Below, one piece after another: positions 17,432-27,144 of a DNA stretch of 64,000 nucleotides. Under the pieces are notes generated by a model, which did not search any database, was not told the origin of the DNA, and saw only the letters and a program-made list of their open reading frames with translations. The position numbers and the translations under genes are program-made. Every line of letters starts with the position of its first letter. Positions within the stretch are counted from its first letter, which is position 1. Origin of the DNA: an uncultured bacterium (lineage in GTDB: Bacteria; Verrucomicrobiota; Verrucomicrobiia; Verrucomicrobiales; V1-33); the NCBI GenBank assembly GCA_903936775.1, contig CAIZWU010000198.1, forward strand, positions 48-64,047, read 5' to 3'.

Positions 17432-17788
17432 ATCACGCTTCCGCCGGGGCTGTCCAGTCTGTTGCTGTTGGATCTCGGAGGCAACCAGCTGGCCCGTCTG
17501 ACCCTCCCTCTGGAGATGAAGGCCCGGATCGAATCGGGCCTTCTTTTTGTGTATGGATTCCACGCGGCAAAGATCACTTACTACCGGGTGCCCGTGCTGC
17601 AAATCACCCGCATCACCATGATTAACGGCTCCAGCCTTGAGCTTGCCGCCGGCGGAGCCGAGGGCATGGTCGCGATCGATGTGTCCCCCGATCTGGAGAC
17701 GTGGTCTGAACAATCCCGATTTCTCAAGGCGGCTGGAGAACAGATTATCCTCATCCCTACAGCAGCCTTAGCCAGTATTTCCGGCTGA
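17432..17788 (+). pseudogene. C-terminal fragment of a leucine-rich-repeat protein
   Basis: ITLPPGLSSLLLLDLGGNQLARLTLP is one LRR unit, followed by an IDVSPDLETW tail. It has no start of its own and joins the hydrolase fragment out of frame. Confidence 0.5.
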
Positions 17789-17947
17789 GGGAGGTCGAGT
17801 GAGGACGCAGGAAGGCTCTGGCCGGGTGGATGCGATAGAATCGAGGTGGCGGATCGGATTCAAATCCAGTTCACGTGTCGTCACTTAGCTGGTGGTTACA
17901 GTCCGATCCGGGCTTGTGCGGCGGGGGAGCGGGGGTGAGATGGGGGA

Positions 17948-18307
17948 ATGAGCGGGACATCGAAATTCAAAGAACAGGGCAAGACATCGAATGCGGATTA
18001 CACAGTGGTGGACCGGTCTCCGGTTTGCCTGAAGGTGGGGGAGACCGTGGATCTGGGGATGGAGGACAAGGTGTGGGCGGGATGGGTGTGGGCGAGCAAT
18101 CAGGAAGGGCGGGGGACGTATGTGCCGGTGACTTCCCTGGAGCGGGTGGGGGAGGAACAGGCGACGGTGGTGGAGGAATTCCAGGCGGTGGATCTCTCGC
18201 TGAAGAAAGGTGAGGCGGTGACGGCGCTGCGGGAGGTGTGCGGGTGGTTCTGGTGCCGGAATGCGGCAGGCGCGGAGGGGTGGGTGCCGGATTATGTGTT
18301 GAGTTAG
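17948..18307 (+). CDS. Tandem SH3-domain protein
   Basis: Two SH3-like repeats: DY..LKVGETV..GWVWA..GTYVP and EF..LSLKKGEAV..GWFWC..EGWVP. Confidence 0.8.
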   Translation: MSGTSKFKEQGKTSNADYTVVDRSPVCLKVGETVDLGMEDKVWAGWVWASNQEGRGTYVPVTSLERVGEEQATVVEEFQAVDLSLKKGEAVTALREVCGWFWCRNAAGAEGWVPDYVLS

Positions 18308-18369
18308 TTTCTGATTTCATGCCTGAAATCCGTGGTTTCCCTCTGCGGGAATCTGGATTGATCTGAACC

Positions 18370-20637
18370 ATGATGCCGGAGGATGAATTGCCCTTGGGAC
18401 CGGAAGCGGTGGCGCTGCTGCCGATGGCGGCGCGGGTGTTGCTGGATGGGGCGGTGGCGGACCTGGAGTTTGACTATGCGATCCCGCCGGCGCTGGATGG
18501 GGTGGGGCCGGGGAGCCGGGTGAGTGTGCCGCTGCGGAACCGGACGATGACGGGGACGGTGCTGATCGTGTATCCGGCGGCGGAGGCGGAGGTGACGAAG
18601 TTGAAACCCCTGCTGGGACTGCTCTCGGAACGGGTGATGATTCCCCCGGCCCTGATGGAGTTCGGGAAATGGGTCTCGGCCTATTATTGCGCGCCGTTGG
18701 AGAGTGTGATGCGGGCCATGCTGCCGGAGGCGGTGCGGGAGGAGAAACACAGCGAGAAACGGCGGTTGTTTGCGCGGCTGCTGCGCGAGCCGTCGGCGGA
18801 GGAATCGGCGGTCCTGACGAAAAAGGCGCCGAAGCAGGCGGAGGTTTTGGTGGCCCTGAAGGCGGCGGGGGAGCCCGTGGCGGCGATGGCGTTTTCCGGG
18901 GCGGCGCTGAAGGCGCTGCACCACAAGGGGTGGATCGAGATCACCGATGAGCCGGTGGCGCGCGATCCGCATGAGGGCGAAACTTTTGTCAGCTCGAAAT
19001 CGCTGGCGCTGAATGGAGCGCAGCATGAGGCGCTGGTGACGGTGCTGGAAGCGGTGCGGCATCCGCGGGAGGCGAAGCCGATGCTGCTCTTCGGAGTGAC
19101 GGGGAGTGGGAAGACGGAAGTTTACCTGCAGGCGGCGCAGCGGGTGCTGGAGCAAGGCCGGGCGGTGCTGGTGCTGGTGCCGGAAATTTCCCTGACACCG
19201 CAGACGGTGGAGCGCTTCAAGAGCCGGTTCGCGGAGATGCAGGAACAGGTGGCGGTGCTGCACAGCCATCTGAGCAAGGGTGAGCGGTTTGATGAGTGGC
19301 ATAAGATCCAGCGGGGGAAGGCGAGGATCGTGATCGGGGCGCGCAGTGCGATCTTTGCGCCCTTGGAGGATATCGGGCTGATCATCGTGGATGAGGAGCA
19401 CGAGGGCAGCTACAAGCAGGAGCAGCCGCCCCGCTATCAGGCGCGCGATGCCGCGGTGGTGCGGGCGAGGCTGGAGGGCTGCGCCATTCTGCTGGGCAGT
19501 GCGACGCCTTCGCTGGAAAGCTGGCACAATGCGCAGCGCGGAAAATATGCGTTATTGAAGCTGCCGGAACGGGCGGATGACGCGCAGTTGCCCCTGGTGC
19601 GGGTGATCGATATGCGCACCGAGAAAAAGCGGGCGGGGAAGGGGAGTCCGGCGATCCTGAGCGAGCGGCTGCGGATTGCGATCGATCAACGGCTGACCAA
19701 GGGAGAACAGTCGATCCTGTTTTTGAACCGGCGGGGGTTTGCCAGCAGTGTGGTGTGTCAGGCCTGCGGACATGTGGTGAAATGCCCGCACTGCGAGGTG
19801 GCGATGACGGTGCATCAGGAGCTGGGGCGGCTGGTGTGCCATGTCTGCGGCTTTCAAAAACTCGCGCCCAAAAAGTGTCCGGAATGCAAGGACCCAGCCA
19901 TCCTGCTGGCAGGATATGGCACGGAGCGGGTGGAGGAAACCCTGCGCAAGGTCTTCCCCACCGCCCGCATCGCGCGGGTGGATGCCGACTCCATGGCCCA
20001 GAAACACAAGCTGCGGGACACGCTGCATGCCTTCAAAACGGGGAAGTTGGATCTGCTGATCGGCACCCAGATGATCGCCAAGGGCCTGCACTTTCCGAAC
20101 GTGACCCTGGTGGGAATTTTGAATGCCGACATGGGCCTGCACATCCCGGATTTCCGGGCCGGGGAGCGGACGTTTTCGCTGCTGACCCAGGTGGCGGGCC
20201 GGGCCGGGCGCGGGGAGTTGATGGGCGAGGTGGTGGTGCAGAGTTTCACGCCGCACCACCCGGCGATCCAGTTTGCGCGGCAGCATGACTTCGAGGGATT
20301 CAGTGAGCAGGAACTGGAGTTCAGAAGGCAATGCGGGTATCCGCCGTACGGTCATGCGGTGCTGGTAACGGTGCGCAGCGAGCGGGAGAACCTGGCGGAC
20401 TTTGCGTTGAAAACGCTGCATGCCAAACTGGTCAAAGTTTTTCCGCCGGAGATCCTGCTGGGCGAACCGGCGCCGAGTCCGCTGGTGAAATCACACGATC
20501 AATACCGGTTTCAGATCCTGGCACGGGCGCGGCAGGCCAAACAAATCACCGAACCGCTGATGCAATGCCTCGCCGACCTGAAGATGCCGAAGGAGGTGAT
20601 CGTGACGGTGGACGTGGATCCGGTAAATCTGGGCTAG
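18370..20637 (+). CDS. priA: Primosomal protein N' (replication restart helicase)
   Basis: FDYAIP 3'-binding domain, GVTGSGKTEVY, DEEHEGSYKQ, LNRRGF, four CxxC zinc motifs, GTQMIAKGLHFP, QVAGRAGR and the VDVDP terminus. Confidence 0.97.
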   Translation: MMPEDELPLGPEAVALLPMAARVLLDGAVADLEFDYAIPPALDGVGPGSRVSVPLRNRTMTGTVLIVYPAAEAEVTKLKPLLGLLSERVMIPPALMEFGKWVSAYYCAPLESVMRAMLPEAVREEKHSEKRRLFARLLREPSAEESAVLTKKAPKQAEVLVALKAAGEPVAAMAFSGAALKALHHKGWIEITDEPVARDPHEGETFVSSKSLALNGAQHEALVTVLEAVRHPREAKPMLLFGVTGSGKTEVYLQAAQRVLEQGRAVLVLVPEISLTPQTVERFKSRFAEMQEQVAVLHSHLSKGERFDEWHKIQRGKARIVIGARSAIFAPLEDIGLIIVDEEHEGSYKQEQPPRYQARDAAVVRARLEGCAILLGSATPSLESWHNAQRGKYALLKLPERADDAQLPLVRVIDMRTEKKRAGKGSPAILSERLRIAIDQRLTKGEQSILFLNRRGFASSVVCQACGHVVKCPHCEVAMTVHQELGRLVCHVCGFQKLAPKKCPECKDPAILLAGYGTERVEETLRKVFPTARIARVDADSMAQKHKLRDTLHAFKTGKLDLLIGTQMIAKGLHFPNVTLVGILNADMGLHIPDFRAGERTFSLLTQVAGRAGRGELMGEVVVQSFTPHHPAIQFARQHDFEGFSEQELEFRRQCGYPPYGHAVLVTVRSERENLADFALKTLHAKLVKVFPPEILLGEPAPSPLVKSHDQYRFQILARARQAKQITEPLMQCLADLKMPKEVIVTVDVDPVNLG

Positions 20638-20776
20638 GATCGCGGGCTGGGTAAGGCCCCCGGACGGCGGAAAGTCGTGATGGGGAGCGGTGTGGAAAAA
20701 GAGGATGAATATTTTAATCGGGGAGCCGTCGGATGGCGGGCGTGTTCGCCTGGTTCACTCCATTCAATTTGTTGTC

Positions 20777-23605
20777 ATGAAACGTCTGCTGCTTCCTTCG
20801 CTGGCCGTCTCGTCCTTGGTGCTTTTCACCTTGGGGTGCGGGGAGAAACCGGTGGTGACCGAGGCGCCTCCGCCTCCGGTCCGGTTGAAATCAAAACCGA
20901 AGGTTTACCGGGGGGATGACGAAAAGGCGGCGGAGGCGGCCCGCGAGGCGGCGATAGCCGGGGAGATTGCGGAACTGGAGGCGGAAGCAGCGAAACTGCG
21001 TCAGGAGATTGCGCAGGAACAATTGGTGGTGGACCGTGCGGCCTTGGAAGAGGAACAACGGCGGCTGGATCAGGAGCGGGCGGCGTGGTTGAATGAACAG
21101 GTGGCGGCAGCGGTCCCGGCCCAGCGCCAAATGCCAGTCAGCAGCACGCCGGTGGTGCTGCCCCCGGCGCGCGATTACAGCTTATTTTATACGGAACTCG
21201 CGGTGCATGGCAGTTGGTTCCAATCGGTGGATTATGGGTATGTCTGGCAACCGGCGGTGGCCCTGCAGACCTCATGGCGGCCATACACGGTCGGAAGGTG
21301 GGCGGCCTGCGACCGCGGGTGGACGTGGCTCTCGGATGAACCCTTCGGCTGGGCCACCTATCACTACGGCCGTTGGGCGAAGCTGAAGGGATGCGGCTGG
21401 ATTTGGGTGCCGGGCGAAGTCTGGGCTCCAGCCTGGGTGGCGTGGCGCCGGAGCGATCAGTATGTGGGCTGGTACCCCCTGCCGCCGGAGACGCTCTACC
21501 GGGACGAGGTGACTTACGATTCCTCCATCGACAAACTCTGCGGCATCCAGCCGGCTGGTTATATTTTCATCTCGGTCAAGCAGTTCTGCCTTCCGGTGCA
21601 CCGGCACTGTGAACCGCGGGAGCGCAGCGGGGTGGTGTGCCGGGACACCTCCAACATCACCCGGCTCCGGGTCTCGCGGCACCGGGTGGATGGCAGCGGG
21701 CCGAAGTATGAATGGATCCGGGACCGGCAACCGCATCCTCCTGACCGTTATATTCTGGCCAGTGACCCGCTGACCAAAGGCGACCGGAAATTCCACATCG
21801 AGCGCGATAAATTGTGTGTGTTTTCCCCGGTGATGCGGGCGCCATGGAATGCCGCGCTGCGTCCGCGGGAAGTGGCCGGTCCTTTGCCGGAGGGGGATGC
21901 GGTGCCGCAGGGGACGGTGCCGATTGACAAAGTCCTGCGCCGCTTCCGCGAGGACAAAAAACACTGGATGGAGGCGGGTGCCAAAGCCCTCCAAGGCGAA
22001 TCGGTCCACCGCCTGAACGAACGTCAGGAAAGGGTGGAGGCCTTGACGGCCGCAATGCAAAATCCCCCCGCGCCCCGCCGGACGACTCGAGAGCAAGGCC
22101 AACCATCAGAAAAGAACCTGACTTCTCCGCGCCCAGGGGTAAAACCAGCCGGAGCGCCGACCGAACCATCGTTGGCGGAACGGCGGGCGCAGGTCAGGAA
22201 GGGAGTGGCCGCCCGCCAAGCTGAATTGGCCCGGTTGAGGGGGCTTCCAGTGGCCGGAGAGACCGCCCCGTCCCGGATTGCTTCCGGAGGCCGGCCGGTC
22301 GCAACTTCAGAAGCTCATCTGCGGCCGGCTGCTCGCGACCAGACTCTGGTTCGGACCTCTGGGCAATTTCCGGAAGTCGCCCCGCCCCGCCCCCGGGTCG
22401 ACCCTGTGGAGGCACCCCGCGTGATGAGGACCCCTGCAGTATCGTCTCCCGATTCCGTGGAGACGCCAGTGGCCAGCAATCTGGTGGAGGAAACTGGACC
22501 CGCCGGAACCATCGCGGAGGAACCCCCGGTCCATTCCGATCTCACCGCGCCGGAAGTTCTAGTCCCCAGCAAAGCCCAAGCCGACCTGGAAACCCGTCGG
22601 GCGGAAGTGGCGCGTCTCAAGGAAACCCTGACGGTGCGCCAGCAGCAAAAAATGGGGCCACAACTCCAAGGCGATTCTTCCCTCAATGGATCCGGCCAGT
22701 CGGGAGCTTCCGGGCAACTGGTGCGACGGGTCCAGGAAACCGGCCCGGTCCCCCCGGCTGAACCAGCCGGGCAAACGCCTCCGGTGCAGGTGACCGGACC
22801 ACAGGCCCCGGCCGGGGTGACCGGACCGCTTCCGGAAGAAGCCGCTGCCCGCCAGGAAGCTGCGGCGGTCTTGGCGGAACGCCGGGAAAAGGCGGCCCGG
22901 ATCACGGAGGAGTTGGCCGCCCGGCAGCAGGCGCTGCAACAACAGCGGGAAGCCCTGGAGCAGGCCCAGGCAGAGCGCGAACAGGCCTTGGCCCAATCAG
23001 CGGCCGAAGCGGCCCGCCAGAGGGAAGCCGCGCAGGCGGCGCAGATGGCATTGGCGGCGGAACAACGACAGCAACAGCAACAACAGTCGGCGGCAGAGAC
23101 CGCAGCCAGACAGCAGGAGTCGGCCGGGGAAGCGGCGCATCAACAACAGCAGGCACAGTTGGCCGCGCAGACCGAAGCGGCCCGCGAACAACAACGGGAA
23201 ACCGAAGCGAATCGTCAGCGTCAAGCCGCCGAAGCGGCTCAACAAGAGCAAGCGGCCCGCGAACAAGTGCAGCGTCAGGCCGGGGAGCGCGCCCGTCAGG
23301 AAGCAATGGCCCGGTTGCAACGCGAAGCCTCGGAGCGTGCCCAACAGGAGCAGGCGGCCCGCGAACAAGCGCAGCGTCAGGCCGAGGAACGCGCCCGCCA
23401 GGAAGCAATGGCCCGCCAGCAGCGCGAAGCCGCGGAACGGGCTCAACAGGAGCAGGCCGCGCGCGAACAAGCGCAGCGTCAGGTTGAGGAGCGCGCCAGA
23501 CAGGAGCAGGCGGCCCTGGACCAAGCAGTCCGTGAGCAAGCCCAGCGCCAAGCCGAAGAAGAGGCCCGCGCCTCCGCGGCGGCGGCGAAAAACGGCAATA
23601 AATAA
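20777..23605 (+). CDS. DUF6600-like lipoprotein with long Pro-rich and E/Q/R/A helical C-terminal region
   Basis: Lipobox LFTLGC, then the Trp-rich domain YGYVWQP..WRPYTVGRW..WTWLSDEPFGWATYHYGRW..WIWVPG..WAPAWVAW..VGWYPLPP and a TolA-like tail. Confidence 0.75.
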   Translation: MKRLLLPSLAVSSLVLFTLGCGEKPVVTEAPPPPVRLKSKPKVYRGDDEKAAEAAREAAIAGEIAELEAEAAKLRQEIAQEQLVVDRAALEEEQRRLDQERAAWLNEQVAAAVPAQRQMPVSSTPVVLPPARDYSLFYTELAVHGSWFQSVDYGYVWQPAVALQTSWRPYTVGRWAACDRGWTWLSDEPFGWATYHYGRWAKLKGCGWIWVPGEVWAPAWVAWRRSDQYVGWYPLPPETLYRDEVTYDSSIDKLCGIQPAGYIFISVKQFCLPVHRHCEPRERSGVVCRDTSNITRLRVSRHRVDGSGPKYEWIRDRQPHPPDRYILASDPLTKGDRKFHIERDKLCVFSPVMRAPWNAALRPREVAGPLPEGDAVPQGTVPIDKVLRRFREDKKHWMEAGAKALQGESVHRLNERQERVEALTAAMQNPPAPRRTTREQGQPSEKNLTSPRPGVKPAGAPTEPSLAERRAQVRKGVAARQAELARLRGLPVAGETAPSRIASGGRPVATSEAHLRPAARDQTLVRTSGQFPEVAPPRPRVDPVEAPRVMRTPAVSSPDSVETPVASNLVEETGPAGTIAEEPPVHSDLTAPEVLVPSKAQADLETRRAEVARLKETLTVRQQQKMGPQLQGDSSLNGSGQSGASGQLVRRVQETGPVPPAEPAGQTPPVQVTGPQAPAGVTGPLPEEAAARQEAAAVLAERREKAARITEELAARQQALQQQREALEQAQAEREQALAQSAAEAARQREAAQAAQMALAAEQRQQQQQQSAAETAARQQESAGEAAHQQQQAQLAAQTEAAREQQRETEANRQRQAAEAAQQEQAAREQVQRQAGERARQEAMARLQREASERAQQEQAAREQAQRQAEERARQEAMARQQREAAERAQQEQAAREQAQRQVEERARQEQAALDQAVREQAQRQAEEEARASAAAAKNGNK
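23231..23510 (+). repeat. 102-bp intragenic tandem repeat (34 aa), about 2.7 copies
   Basis: Units start at 23231, 23333 and 23435, each encoding an ERAQQEQAAREQAQRQAEERARQEAMARQQREAA-like peptide. Confidence 0.85.
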
Positions 23606-23674
23606 TCGTCAAAATCCGGCCGGCCGGTCATTCCATTGAGCCGCATGGACTGTCAGTTCCGCGCTGAACGCCTC

Positions 23675-24823
23675 CTACTTTTTCCCGGCGAGCGCAGCCT
23701 CCGCCGTGGGCGGCCGGTTAGGGTCGAGCAGGGCAGTGCCGGAAGCATCACAGACGCGCAGCTGGAATTCCCATTGGACCGTCCAGGTTTCGGTTTGCTC
23801 GTTTTGGCAGAGCTTGACGAGGATGACATTGGGCCCGGCCTGAAGCTGCACCGGGAACCGGTATTGGTCAATTTTCATGCCCCGGTGGTATTCATCGCGG
23901 CCAAAAACAGGTTTGCCATTGAGCCACAGTTTCCAGGCGTTTTTGCAGCCGATGCGCAGCTCGGCGGGGCGGGCTGCTGCACTGTGATAAGTCGTGGTGG
24001 CATAGCCGGTGACTTCTTTCAGCATGCCGAGCGGTTTGTTGAGGTCGACAACGCCGAACTCGCTGTTGCTGGTCCACGGCTGCCAGCGCACCACCGGATC
24101 CTGACCGGACTTGATTTCCTTGCCAGGATAGCTGGCAGCCAGGTCAATGGATTGTTCAGGAGGGAAGATGGTGTCGAAACCGGCACGGCCTTTGTTTTCG
24201 AAGGGCCCGATCACTTGCCAAGCCATGAGGAATCCGAAGTGCCGTGGAAGATCGACGGTTTCACCGAGGGCGCGGAGTTCGTCTGCGGCGGCCCGGACCT
24301 GGTCTTCATCGCGCGCGGCTTCGAGCGCCTTGCGGAGTTTGGTTTGGTCTTTGGCGGCAGTGGCTTCGGCAGTGAGGCGGGCGACGGGTTCGCGGCGCAG
24401 GACGGGGACAGGATCGAGCAGCAGGCTGGGAACCAGCGCGTCCCATGCCGCCCGGTCGGTCTGCTGGAGGAGTTCGGCGGCGAGCATACGGCCAGCGGGG
24501 CCATGGGCGGTGGTTTTGAGGAAATCTGCAAGGAGGCCCGGAGGCAAGGTCTGGCCGGCGGCGGCGGTGCGGTCAGCCACGGCAAAAACGGCCCCGCGGA
24601 GCCAATTGGCGGCGAGGGGATTGGCGTCGTCCATGGCGGTGAAAAGAGCCGGGAGGTCCGCCGCCGCAGAGGAGTCGGCAAGGGCCTTCCAGGCGGTGGC
24701 GGCTTCGGCATTGCCCTGGCCTTCGGGGCCGACGGCGAGGAGCCTGGCGAGGTCGGCCGGAGCCGCCGGAGAGGGCTGGGGCAGGGTAAGACCGAGGAGC
24801 AGGAGAAGAAGAGGGCCGCGCAT
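23675..24823 (-). CDS. Secreted hypothetical protein: HEAT-like helices plus PVC-type beta-sandwich
   Basis: Signal peptide, helical repeats, then WQVIGPF..PPE..VDL..GYA..LWLNGK..LQAGPNVILVKL..WEFQLRV. Confidence 0.75.
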   Translation of the reverse strand: MRGPLLLLLLGLTLPQPSPAAPADLARLLAVGPEGQGNAEAATAWKALADSSAAADLPALFTAMDDANPLAANWLRGAVFAVADRTAAAGQTLPPGLLADFLKTTAHGPAGRMLAAELLQQTDRAAWDALVPSLLLDPVPVLRREPVARLTAEATAAKDQTKLRKALEAARDEDQVRAAADELRALGETVDLPRHFGFLMAWQVIGPFENKGRAGFDTIFPPEQSIDLAASYPGKEIKSGQDPVVRWQPWTSNSEFGVVDLNKPLGMLKEVTGYATTTYHSAAARPAELRIGCKNAWKLWLNGKPVFGRDEYHRGMKIDQYRFPVQLQAGPNVILVKLCQNEQTETWTVQWEFQLRVCDASGTALLDPNRPPTAEAALAGKK

Positions 24824-24946
24824 GATGCGGGTGGATACGGCGCCGGGAACCGGGAGCTTGCGAAAAGTTGTGATGAGCGGTTGGGAAAAGGCGTCATCCC
24901 CGTGTTGGGGGTTTGCTTTTATGGTGGATTGATTTTAGGTGAGGCG

Positions 24947-25663
24947 ATGACGTTCAGGATGACGAAAACAGGGGCGCAGACGCTGAAGCTGGCAGGGCTG
25001 GCGTTGGGATGGGTGTGGATTGGAGTGGCAGGCGCGCAGTCTCCAGGACTGGAGGGGTTAAAAAAAAGTTACGAAGCAGAGGTGACGAAGACGGTGCTGC
25101 CGTTGCGCGAAGGATACCACAAAGCGCTGCTGGCCTTGGAACAGCAATTGGCGTCAAAGGGCGATTATGCGGGAGCCCGGCGGGTGCAGGCCGAGCGTCT
25201 GGAATTGGGTCGCCTGATGGGAGCCCCCCCCGGAACAGCGGGGTCCTCCAGCAAAATGGTGGATAAAAACGGGGTGGTGAAGTTGGCATTTCCTGCGGAA
25301 AGCGGGGGCGGGATTCAGTTTACGGCTGGGGCGTGGACTGGATGGCAGGGGGCGGGGGGATTCATCAAATGGGGGCTGCCGGCCGGCTTGCCCAGCGGAG
25401 GCTATGCGGTGGAACTGGTTTATGACAGCGCCGGGGAAGGTAGCTTGAGGCTGGGGGTCAGAGAGGATTTCCATTTCCTGAACCGCGAAGTGAAGGTGCC
25501 GGCCACTGCCCCAGCCGGAGCTCCGCAAGGGCGGCTCCAGCTGGGCACTTTGCGCCTGCGGTCCGGGGCTACCCTTTTGGAACTTAAATTGACGGCCCCC
25601 ACCACGGTGGCCGGTTTCCGCTTGTTTGAACTGCATCTCATCCCGGAGGAAACCGAGCCATGA
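24947..25663 (+). CDS. Secreted hypothetical protein, paralogue A (helical module plus CBM-like domain)
   Basis: Only the 3' part of ORF 23636..25663 is plausible; the rest is antisense to the previous gene. Signal peptide ends AGA-Q; start at ATG 24947 or 24959. Confidence 0.7.
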   Translation: MTFRMTKTGAQTLKLAGLALGWVWIGVAGAQSPGLEGLKKSYEAEVTKTVLPLREGYHKALLALEQQLASKGDYAGARRVQAERLELGRLMGAPPGTAGSSSKMVDKNGVVKLAFPAESGGGIQFTAGAWTGWQGAGGFIKWGLPAGLPSGGYAVELVYDSAGEGSLRLGVREDFHFLNREVKVPATAPAGAPQGRLQLGTLRLRSGATLLELKLTAPTTVAGFRLFELHLIPEETEP

Positions 25664-27144
25664 AATCCACACGGTTGGTCATCCATACAATGTTGATCCT
25701 GACAGCCGGGGCGGGAGCCCAGGAAGGTGCGGACCCGGCGGGGCTGATAGCGCTGCGGCAGCGCTATCAGGCTTTGCTGTTGGAGGTGGATGCCCCGGCG
25801 CAGACGCGTTGGCTGACTTCACTGGAAGTTTTGGAACGGCAAAAGGTGGCGGAAGGCGACTTCGTGGAGGCGGCAGCGCTGAGGGAACGGCGGCTGGCCC
25901 TGCAAGGGGCCTCCGGAGCGGCGGGGCAGACGCGCAATGCCATCCTGCTGCCGGCGGCATCGGCCCGGACGGGGACCGGGATTGACTTTCCGGATGCGAA
26001 AAAGGAAGTCGGCCGGTTCCGCCGGACGGGAGCCTTGATGGAGTGGGAACTGCCTGGACAGATGCCCGGCCTGTACCAGGTGAATCTGGTGTGCGGGGTG
26101 ATGGGTGAAACCGACGAAAACAACCGGCCAGATCCACTGACGGATCCCAAGGCTCCCCTCCCGGTCCGGGCAACGGAATCCATTCCGGTAACGGCGGCGG
26201 GGGGCGTGGTGGAATTCCGCAAGCTGACCAATCTGAAGGAAGGGGGGGCGCTGTTACGGCGGACCGTTCGTTCGACCGGCGGCTGGGCCATGACGCGGGT
26301 GCTGACGCTCGGGACCGTGGAATTGGACAGCAAGATTATAAAATTCAGTCTAAGGGCCGCGGAGGCGCTGCCTGCCGGATTGATGGATTTCCATCGCCTG
26401 GAGCTGGTGCCGGCGGTTCCAGTTGCCCCCCCGGGCGGGGCCTCCGAGGCCGGCGGGATAAAGGATCTGGCCAAACTGCGGGAACTCTATCAAACCCAAT
26501 TTGCCGAGCTGACCAAAGGTGTCAGCGCACGATATCTCAAGAGCCTCGGTGAACTGGAGGCAAGTGCCGCCCGCACCCGCGACAATGATACCCTGGCCAT
26601 GGTGCGGCAGGAGAAAAAGCGGCTTGAACGGGGGAGCCTGGAAAATGGCCCGGTGGCGGAAACTTCCCACCTGTTGCCGGTGACAGAGAAGTTGTACATG
26701 CTGCTCAGCGGCGAGGCTAGACTGACCAGCCAGGGCGACTACCTCACCCGGCTGCGGCCGGCCAAGACCTGTGAGGTGACGTGGAAACTGGCGGGCCTGG
26801 GCGTGACCTCCGGCACCTACACGGTTGAACTGGACTGCCGCCTGACGCCGGAGCACGGCGGCACCGCCACGCTGGCGGCCGCCACTCCCGGGGGAACTCC
26901 CGGGCCACCCCTGACAATTACGATTGAGGCTCCGGACTTTGGAGGGGCTGCAGTGGCCACCAAACGAAAGCCGGATGGAACCCCCGGCACCAGCATGACC
27001 CGCAGCTTCAAAGCGGGCAAGGTCATCATCCCCAAAGGCTCCGAATATCTGACCCTGCGGGTGGACTCCCTGAAGGTGCCGGATGGCGGCCTCTTCGACC
27101 TGAAATCCCTGCGCATGACGCCGGTGGCCCCTCCCGCTCCATGA
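25660..27144 (+). CDS. Secreted hypothetical protein, paralogue B (two helical plus CBM-like modules)
   Basis: Signal peptide ends AGA-Q; internal duplication of the module; ATGA overlaps at both ends. Confidence 0.75.
   Translation: MKSTRLVIHTMLILTAGAGAQEGADPAGLIALRQRYQALLLEVDAPAQTRWLTSLEVLERQKVAEGDFVEAAALRERRLALQGASGAAGQTRNAILLPAASARTGTGIDFPDAKKEVGRFRRTGALMEWELPGQMPGLYQVNLVCGVMGETDENNRPDPLTDPKAPLPVRATESIPVTAAGGVVEFRKLTNLKEGGALLRRTVRSTGGWAMTRVLTLGTVELDSKIIKFSLRAAEALPAGLMDFHRLELVPAVPVAPPGGASEAGGIKDLAKLRELYQTQFAELTKGVSARYLKSLGELEASAARTRDNDTLAMVRQEKKRLERGSLENGPVAETSHLLPVTEKLYMLLSGEARLTSQGDYLTRLRPAKTCEVTWKLAGLGVTSGTYTVELDCRLTPEHGGTATLAAATPGGTPGPPLTITIEAPDFGGAAVATKRKPDGTPGTSMTRSFKAGKVIIPKGSEYLTLRVDSLKVPDGGLFDLKSLRMTPVAPPAP

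Noticed and set aside
4693-20637. recD2, recQ and priA within 16 kb as a DNA-repair or defence island
   Set aside because: They are separate transcription units interleaved with unrelated genes, and no nuclease or defence partners are present.
23636-24946. N-terminal 437 codons of ORF 23636..25663
   Set aside because: Antisense to the 23675..24823 gene; a signal peptide and the conserved module begin only after ATG 24947/24959.
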